Assembly: GCA_017545225.1 (NCBI GenBank)
Contig: JAFWPR010000145.1
Coordinates: 1-61,914, forward strand
Source of the DNA: Clostridia bacterium
GTDB lineage: Bacteria > Bacillota > Clostridia > Oscillospirales > CAG-272
Direction: 5' to 3'
DNA: 61,914 nt
The position numbers were made by a program, and so were the translations under genes. The notes beneath the pieces are model-generated. The model made no database searches, was not told the origin of the DNA, and was given only the letters and a program-made list of their open reading frames with translations. Within the stretch, counting starts at the first letter, position 1. Every line of letters begins with the position of its first letter. Below are positions 56,723 through 61,914 of the stretch, one piece after another.

Positions 56723-56969
56723 TTATTACACCCAGCTCTTTTTCTACGTCTGAGATATCGACCCAGCCGTTTTCGTTTCCGGAGAGGTCACCCTTGGCAA
56801 GTTCTTTCATCAACTTCAAAACGGCATGCGTTCTCTCGTATTCTTCCATATCGAGGATCGCATATCTGCCCCTTCCGTTCTTTGTCAGGAAAACCGGTTC
56901 TCCAACGGCAATATCCCGAAGAACCTCGGTATAGTTTCTAAGATCTGAAACCGGCTTGATATTAGGCAT
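56715..56969 (-). CDS. Phd/YefM-family antitoxin
   Basis: The translation reads 'MPNIKPVSDLRNYTEVLRDIAVGEPVFLTKNGRGRYAILDMEEYE'. The ATG at 56969 follows AAAGGAG. Confidence 0.8.
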   Translation of the reverse strand: MPNIKPVSDLRNYTEVLRDIAVGEPVFLTKNGRGRYAILDMEEYERTHAVLKLMKELAKGDLSGNENGWVDISDVEKELGVING

Positions 56970-56984
56970 ACTAAATACTCCTTT

Positions 56985-57029
56985 CAATTGTGCTGTAATT
57001 ATTATATCACAATTATTCGTAATATACAA
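56985..57029 (-). promoter_or_regulatory. promoter of the Phd/ParE operon with flanking inverted repeat (putative operator)
   Basis: On the minus strand: TTGTAT (57029-57024), a 17-nt spacer, then TATAAT (57006-57001). Inverted arms CAATTGTG (56985-56992) and CACAATTa (57008-57015) bracket the -10. Confidence 0.45.
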
Positions 57030-57240
57030 CAGCATAAAATCAAAAACGAAGGACAATTCAAGTTTGAAAGAGTAAACCCTAATGCCAAAGGCAAAGCAAG
57101 GGCGACCTTCTGTTAAGGAGAGGCGCCTTTTTTTATTCCCGGCGAGCGAAAACGGTCTTTTGCAGGCGTACTTTTAACGTTTTTCTGCTCTGCAGAAACG
57201 TACAAAAAAAGCGGAATGTGGATAATCAACCGATTAGTAG

Positions 57241-57269
57241 TTGAAAAACGCGGACGTTTATGATAGAAT
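57241..57269 (+). promoter_or_regulatory. promoter (extended -10), copy B of the duplicated promoter-leader
   Basis: TTGAAA (57241-57246), a 17-nt spacer, then TGaTAGAAT (57261-57269). Confidence 0.5.
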
Positions 57270-57303
57270 GCGCTTGGGATCAAATCCGGGAGGATAAAGA
57301 TAA

Positions 57304-58356
57304 GTGTTCGAGTTTTCAAAAGAATGTTTTCCTGATTTATTAAAAACATATGATGTTTATAATACAATAAGTGAAACCTCAGAATTGTTAAGACTTATCT
57401 GCGATGTTGATAAACAAGACAGCAAAGAATTCAAATTGTTTTATAAAGTGAGTTTTCTTGATCGCGAGCCAATAGTTATTAAGTTTCGCGGAGGGTGTAC
57501 AACCAGAAACAAACCTGATATTATCGAAAAGCAAACAGAGTTTTCCGATTTGTTAAGAACCAACAATATCATTACTCCAAAGTATTATAAAACCGGGAGT
57601 GGTTTCGTTCAAAGGATCATGATAAAAGGATATGATCTTTCCGTAACAGTTGAAGACTTTGCGAAAAATGAAATTAAAACGGTAAATGACAGCATTTCAT
57701 TTCTACAGGGTCAATTACTTGCGAAAATACATAATGTATCGGAAAAATACGAATGCCATGTTCCAAACAAGACGCCCTTGAATCCGTTTACTGATAATGA
57801 TTTGTTTTCTTTTGAAGAATTTTCAAAAATAAAACAGACCTTGCCGGTGGTATTTTTCAACGATTTTGATGAAATAGTCGCTTCTTACCGCATTAAAAAA
57901 AAGAGACTCGAACCCATAAGTAAAAGAAACAGTTACGCAGTACAGGGAGATTTGAGTGACTGTAATTCCTTTTTGACTTCCCGAGGAGAGATAGGGATAT
58001 TTGATTTTAACTGTTGCGGAGACTGTATTCTTTTCGGTGATGCGATAATGCAAGGGTGGTTCGTGTCACACCTGATGGATTACAATGAGCCGCTGACTTC
58101 AGAATTGTCCGATAAATTGTTTTTGAGTTTTATTTCCGGATATAACAGCGTTCGGCGATTTACTGATGAAGAAAAAAGTCTGATTCCCGATCTATACTCC
58201 ATAATAAACGCATTCGACAGAGGTAGAATCATGGATGACACCGATGACAATGACAACCTTCAAAAAGCAGTAAAACAAAATAATTATGAAAGCATATCAG
58301 AACATTTGAAAGAAATTAAACAATTACTGATTGATGATATTAAAATGACTATATGA
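57304..58356 (+). CDS. APH/choline-kinase-like phosphotransferase family protein (AT-rich)
   Basis: The catalytic-loop-like 'AVQGDLSDCNSFL' has Q in place of the usual H, and a DFG-like 'IGIFDFNCCG' is present. A GTG start is assumed. Confidence 0.65.
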   Translation: MFEFSKECFPDLLKTYDVYNTISETSELLRLICDVDKQDSKEFKLFYKVSFLDREPIVIKFRGGCTTRNKPDIIEKQTEFSDLLRTNNIITPKYYKTGSGFVQRIMIKGYDLSVTVEDFAKNEIKTVNDSISFLQGQLLAKIHNVSEKYECHVPNKTPLNPFTDNDLFSFEEFSKIKQTLPVVFFNDFDEIVASYRIKKKRLEPISKRNSYAVQGDLSDCNSFLTSRGEIGIFDFNCCGDCILFGDAIMQGWFVSHLMDYNEPLTSELSDKLFLSFISGYNSVRRFTDEEKSLIPDLYSIINAFDRGRIMDDTDDNDNLQKAVKQNNYESISEHLKEIKQLLIDDIKMTI

Positions 58357-58388
58357 CGTATCCGGTAAAACCCGGGAAAGGATGTTTT

Positions 58389-58928
58389 ATGAAGTCGTTT
58401 GTCATCGGTATATGCGGGCCGTCCGGGTCCGGCAAATCGACAATCGCCGAAAAACTCGCCGGAATGCTCGGATGCGAAGTTCTCTCTTCGGACCGCTTTT
58501 TCAAAAGCGAGATGCCGACGATGATATCGCCCGTGGACGGGAAGGAATATCCGGACTGGAACAACCCGGATTCAGTCGACTACCCCGCCCTCGTGAGAGC
58601 GGTCGAAGAAAAGAAAAAAGAGGCGGGATTACTCATCGTCGAGGGGTGCATCATTCTGACCTGTCAGGAACTCCGCGACCTGCTCGATTACGTCGTTTAC
58701 ACGGACGCGTCGGTTGAAACGTGCCTTTTCAGGCGCATCGCCCGGAACGTGAAGCTTATGGGACTCTCCGTTGAAGAGATCGGGGAGTATTACCTCAAGT
58801 GCGCAAGATACAGGGAAAAGGAATACTGCATCCCGCAAAAGGAAAAAGCCGATTTCGTTGTGAGCAACGAATACGGGTTTGATGCGGACCTGAAAAAGTG
58901 CGCGGAGGAAATTAAGGCTAAAGCGTGA
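58389..58928 (+). CDS. uridine kinase-like P-loop kinase
   Basis: The P-loop is 'VIGICGPSGSGKST', and 'LLIVEG' plus 'LFRRIARN' parallel the protein at 55760. The ATG at 58389 lies 8 nt after GAAAGGA. An alternative ATG at 58353 overlaps the upstream stop (ATGA). Confidence 0.65.
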   Translation: MKSFVIGICGPSGSGKSTIAEKLAGMLGCEVLSSDRFFKSEMPTMISPVDGKEYPDWNNPDSVDYPALVRAVEEKKKEAGLLIVEGCIILTCQELRDLLDYVVYTDASVETCLFRRIARNVKLMGLSVEEIGEYYLKCARYREKEYCIPQKEKADFVVSNEYGFDADLKKCAEEIKAKA

Positions 58929-59235
58929 TATCACCGGATCGGGGCGGATCTGCCGCTCGCGGATCACGTGAAATGAAGCAATGATTTTTCGACAACCGGG
59001 GTGGCTTACGCCGTCTTCTTACGCTCCGTCAAAAATTTTTCTCTCTCACGCGGCTAATCCGGGAAAGCCATGGGATTTATTATATGTAAGACTTCGTCCC
59101 CGGCGCTTTGAAAGAACGCTGTTTCTCTCGGAATCGTTCCGTTTTTCACAATAACTTGACGCTTCTGATACGAGACTGTATACTTATAGAGACTGATTTG
59201 TTTGCCCGGAACGTCCCGGGAAGAAAGGACTTCTC

Positions 59236-60711
59236 ATGAAAACAGGAAAAAGAATCATCGGTTCAGCGCTTGCGCTCGTTATGGCGTTCTCGCTATTTAT
59301 CTGCGGGGCGTCGGTCTCGGCGGACGGCGTGTCGAGCGCGGACGTTTTCGTTGACGTCAAAAACGATTCGTGGTTCAAAGCGTCCGTGGACTACGTATAC
59401 AATCACGGGCTCATGAACGGGACATCGGCGACGAAGTTCGAGCCGGACACGAAAATGAGCCGCGCGATGCTCGTCACCGTCCTTTGGAGATACGAGGGAT
59501 CGCCCATGGGATACGCGAACAGATTCCGTGATATCCCCGCGGGCGAGTGGTATACGGACGCGGTGAGCTGGGCGCGTGAAAACGGCATCGCCGCAGGCGT
59601 CTCGGCCACTCAGTTCGATCCCGACGGAAACGTGACGAGAGAACAGCTCACGACGTTCATGTACCGCTACACGCAGTATATGGGATGCGACGTCTCCGCC
59701 GCACAAAGCGCCTCGAAGTTCCCGGACGGGTCGAAGGTGTCCGACTGGGCGAAACAGGGCATGGAATGGTCGATAGCCGTCGGCGTCATCAGCGGGACGA
59801 AGGACGCGTGGGGAAAGACGGTCCTCGCGCCCGGCGACAACGCGACGAGAGCGGAGGTCGCCACCGTCCTGATGCGCTACTGCTCAAATCCTCTCTTCAT
59901 CCACGCGTGGGATGAGGGAACGAAGATCTCCGAGCCCACCTGCACGGAAAGAGGCGAGACCGTCTACAAGTGCGCCGACTGCGGTATCGAGAAGCGCGTC
60001 GCGGTCTCCCCGCTCGGCCACGCAAAGACGAATCAGTCAACGGCGAAAGCGGCGACCTGCACCGAAAACGGAACGCTTCATTTCTTCTGCTCGCGGTGTG
60101 AAAAATGGCTCGACGAGCCGATAGAAAAACTCGGTCATACCTGGAAAGCCGCGACCTGCACGGCGCCGAAAACGTGCTCCCGCTGCGGAGCGACGGACGG
60201 GGCTGCGCTCGGACATACGGATACGCCGAAGTGCGAGCGCTGCGGAAGGAACAACAGAGCGGTGCTGATCTCGTGCCTCAGAAACGATATAGTCAATAAA
60301 TACGACGGAGAAATGGTGTTTTACGAGGACGATTCGTCATATTTCGGGCTCTGGATCAGTACGGACGATCAACTCGTTTATGAAAGCGCGGTCGGTGATT
60401 CGACCTATGCCGTCGTTTTCCAGATGACCTTAGAGGATAAAGACACGCTTAGGTACGTCGATTATCTTACGAACGACAGCGGTCAGTACGGGATCATCGG
60501 GAATTACAATATCAAGCTGTCCTCGATCACGAAGAACACGTCGAAACTGACTTTCTCGGATATTTACTACGTGTACGACAGCGAGGATATAGAGGCGTTC
60601 AAGTCACACGCCGCAGCGTCGGTCAAGGGCGCGCTTGAAATGCTGAATTCTTACATGAAGTATAATTACGGCTTTTCGGTCCACGCCCTCGGATATACGA
60701 ATTATAACTGA
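59236..60711 (+). CDS. SLH-domain cell-wall-anchored protein with Cys-rich repeats
   Basis: It has a signal peptide and three SLH-like repeats ('F.DV..DSWF..AV.Y...G.M.G'). Four CxxC-containing repeats follow ('CTERGETVYKCADCG', 'CTENGTLHFFCSRC', 'CTAPKTCSRCG', 'KCERCG'). Confidence 0.85.
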   Translation: MKTGKRIIGSALALVMAFSLFICGASVSADGVSSADVFVDVKNDSWFKASVDYVYNHGLMNGTSATKFEPDTKMSRAMLVTVLWRYEGSPMGYANRFRDIPAGEWYTDAVSWARENGIAAGVSATQFDPDGNVTREQLTTFMYRYTQYMGCDVSAAQSASKFPDGSKVSDWAKQGMEWSIAVGVISGTKDAWGKTVLAPGDNATRAEVATVLMRYCSNPLFIHAWDEGTKISEPTCTERGETVYKCADCGIEKRVAVSPLGHAKTNQSTAKAATCTENGTLHFFCSRCEKWLDEPIEKLGHTWKAATCTAPKTCSRCGATDGAALGHTDTPKCERCGRNNRAVLISCLRNDIVNKYDGEMVFYEDDSSYFGLWISTDDQLVYESAVGDSTYAVVFQMTLEDKDTLRYVDYLTNDSGQYGIIGNYNIKLSSITKNTSKLTFSDIYYVYDSEDIEAFKSHAAASVKGALEMLNSYMKYNYGFSVHALGYTNYN

Positions 60712-60733
60712 TACGGGCCGGTAAAACGGCAAA

Positions 60734-60774
60734 CGGTCCTCCGCGTTTGACAAAACGCGGGGGACCGATTTTTT
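60734..60774 (+). terminator. rho-independent terminator of the SLH gene
   Basis: A 15-bp stem cggtcctccgcgttt/aaacgcgggggaccg with loop gaca is followed by ATTTTTT. Confidence 0.7.
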
Positions 60775-60787
60775 AGTTCTTTTTCTC

Positions 60788-60816
60788 TTGACATAGCCTG
60801 AAGAGTGTGATAGAAT
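60788..60816 (+). promoter_or_regulatory. promoter upstream of the tRNA-Pro locus (extended -10)
   Basis: TTGACA (60788-60793), a 17-nt spacer, then TGaTAGAAT (60808-60816). Confidence 0.5.
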
Positions 60817-60844
60817 ATCAAAGTCGACTGAAAACCGACCGTTT

Positions 60845-60990
60845 CGGGGTGTGGCTCAGTTCGGTAGCTCGGAGGGCGAGCGCCGCTTGAAGCGGAGAGA
60901 GCGAGCCCGACCGAGGCGCAGAAACAAGGAGCGATACGACCGGCAGGGAGAAGCGCGACTATGTTTCAAGTGTAAGCTTGGTTCGGGACC
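60845..60990 (+). pseudogene. degenerate 5'-portion duplicate of tRNA-Pro (no T-arm or 3' acceptor)
   Basis: 60845-60867 is identical to the first 23 nt of the tRNA at 61028. 60976-60990 is identical to its anticodon-arm segment gcttggttcgggacc. The two pieces are separated by a 108-nt unrelated insert. Confidence 0.45.
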
Positions 60991-61027
60991 TTGGTCCCGT
61001 ATAGCGAAAAAACAAAAAAAATATTAT

Positions 61028-61104
61028 CGGGGTGTGGCTCAGTTCGGTAGAGCGCTTGGTTCGGGACCAAGAGGCCGCTGGTTCAAATCCAGTCACTCCG
61101 ACCA
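61028..61104 (+). tRNA. tRNA-Pro (anticodon CGG), CCA encoded
   Basis: I folded the cloverleaf by hand. The acceptor is CGGGGTG/CACTCCG and the D stem is GCTC/GAGC. The anticodon stem is CTTGG/CCAAG with loop TTCGGGA. The T stem is GCTGG/CCAGT with loop TTCAAAT, followed by ACCA. Confidence 0.9.
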
Positions 61105-61105
61105 T

Positions 61106-61137
61106 GCAAAAGGCAAGTCAAAAGACTTGCCTTTTGC
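61106..61137 (+). terminator. hairpin terminator after tRNA-Pro
   Basis: A 14-bp stem gcaaaaggcaagtc/gacttgccttttgc with loop aaaa. The T-run lies inside the 3' arm. Confidence 0.5.
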
Positions 61138-61140
61138 AAT

Positions 61141-61375
61141 GATATCCGTTCCTTATCGGAACGGGTGATATACCTTCGGTATGATATCCTTTTTGGATTT
61201 CTCGCCGAGAGGCTAGCTATCCAAAAAGGATGATATACGCCTGCGGCGTATTGAGGAACGGATATTATCTCATATTGACTCGCAGAGGCAATATATCATG
61301 CGGCGAAAGCCGTATCAGACTGTAGACAAAGTCTGCAGTCTGCCACCGGCTTTGCCGGTGTGATATTTATTTCAT
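61141..61375. repeat. array of TGATAT-punctuated tri-loop hairpins
   Basis: Successive hairpins are ccgttcc-ttatc-ggaacgg, atacc-ttc-ggtat, atcctttttggat...atccaaaaaggat, atacgcc-tgc-ggcgtat, agactg...cagtct and caccggc-ttt-gccggtg. (T)GATAT words separate them. Confidence 0.5.
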
Positions 61376-61388
61376 TATCAGTTCAATA

Positions 61389-61914
61389 TCAGTCCGTCAT
61401 ATCCACGTCGGGGATTATCGTGACCTCATAATCCGGAAAATGCGCGCAGATCTCTTCGTACAGCGTGCTTATCGCAACCTTCCTGTCGATATCGAAACTG
61501 AGCACCACGTCGAAGCGAAGAGTCTTCTTCTCCGTATCGGCGTAAAAGCCGTGCATCTGCAAAGCCCAGTCGTGAGACATGACCGTTTTCTGCACTTCGT
61601 TTCTGATCTTCGACGCCGCGTCGTCGGACGTATTGAAGGAATAGACGCCGATGCCCGTCAGAATAATCCCGGTTTTGTGATAAACGTCAGTCTGGATCCT
61701 GCGCGTGATCCTGTCAACGTCGTCAACTGTCAGCGTATCAGGGAGTTCGATATGTACGGAGCCGTAATTCTTATTCGGTCCGTAATTGAAAAGCGTAACG
61801 TCGTAAGCGCCGAGAACTGATTCTTCTTCGCATATTATCTGTTTAAGTTCAGTACTCGTCTGCGCGTCCTCGCGCTTTCCTATTATATCGTTCAGCGTTT
61901 CGATCATCATCTCA
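61389..61914 (-). CDS. cation diffusion facilitator family transporter, C-terminal part (5' end beyond window)
   Basis: The translation resembles the cytoplasmic CDF dimerisation domain ('GAYDVTLFNYGPNKNYGSVHIELPDTLTVDDVDRITRRIQ'). The ORF is open to the window edge. Confidence 0.7.
   Translation of the reverse strand, partial: EMMIETLNDIIGKREDAQTSTELKQIICEEESVLGAYDVTLFNYGPNKNYGSVHIELPDTLTVDDVDRITRRIQTDVYHKTGIILTGIGVYSFNTSDDAASKIRNEVQKTVMSHDWALQMHGFYADTEKKTLRFDVVLSFDIDRKVAISTLYEEICAHFPDYEVTIIPDVDMTD

Noticed and set aside
60851-61168. A 105-aa ORF spanning the tRNA-Pro locus.
   Set aside because: It overlaps a well-folding tRNA and its degenerate duplicate, and it has no RBS.
1-61914. I searched the translations for integrases, transposases, phage structural genes, cas genes, restriction-modification genes and rRNA.
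   Set aside because: None was recognised in any listed ORF. I therefore call no mobile element, prophage or CRISPR feature, despite the compositional islands.

Overview
This window looks like a GC-rich Firmicute chromosome segment. The Clostridia/Oscillospirales-like assignment is an inference from gene content only. The backbone is housekeeping. It starts with a sigma/anti-sigma pair and smpB plus tmRNA. An 18.5 kb co-directional pyrimidine and purine biosynthesis supercluster follows on the minus strand: pyrC-K-D-F-E-B-I, purE, purC-F-M-N, a split purH, glyA, purD and purL. After that come degV, a yloV-like gene, yitT and serS, then metF with a split metH. The remaining backbone genes are comEC, rpsT, lepB, rbgA, rnhB, yraN, a dipeptidase, thrC, tig, clpP, clpX, an SLH-domain wall protein, tRNA-Pro and a partial CDF transporter. 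Several visibly AT-rich accessory patches interrupt this backbone. On hand-counted single 60-nt lines, line 28381 is about 23% GC and line 6001 about 65% GC. The largest patch (about 24286-29290) carries a membrane trypsin-like protease with a zinc-ribbon/TM/repeat protein. It also carries an orphan two-gene cassette in which each product has an R[ND]xxxH HEPN-like motif and the second looks AbiV/DUF5677-like. I rank that cassette as the best candidate for an undescribed defence system. A PIN/RelB toxin-antitoxin pair and a 40-bp tandem repeat with a palindromic core flank this patch. A solo copy of that repeat sits in a second AT-rich islet next to the tmRNA gene. Other accessory items are a ParE/Phd module between two kinase loci that share a duplicated promoter-leader, two AAA_14/DUF4143-type ATPases, several families of intergenic hairpin repeats, a degenerate 5' duplicate of tRNA-Pro, and a Lys/Ala/Pro-rich tandemly duplicated tail on trigger factor. 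I found no integrase, transposase, CRISPR array or rRNA. All family assignments come from reading the translations, not from database searches.
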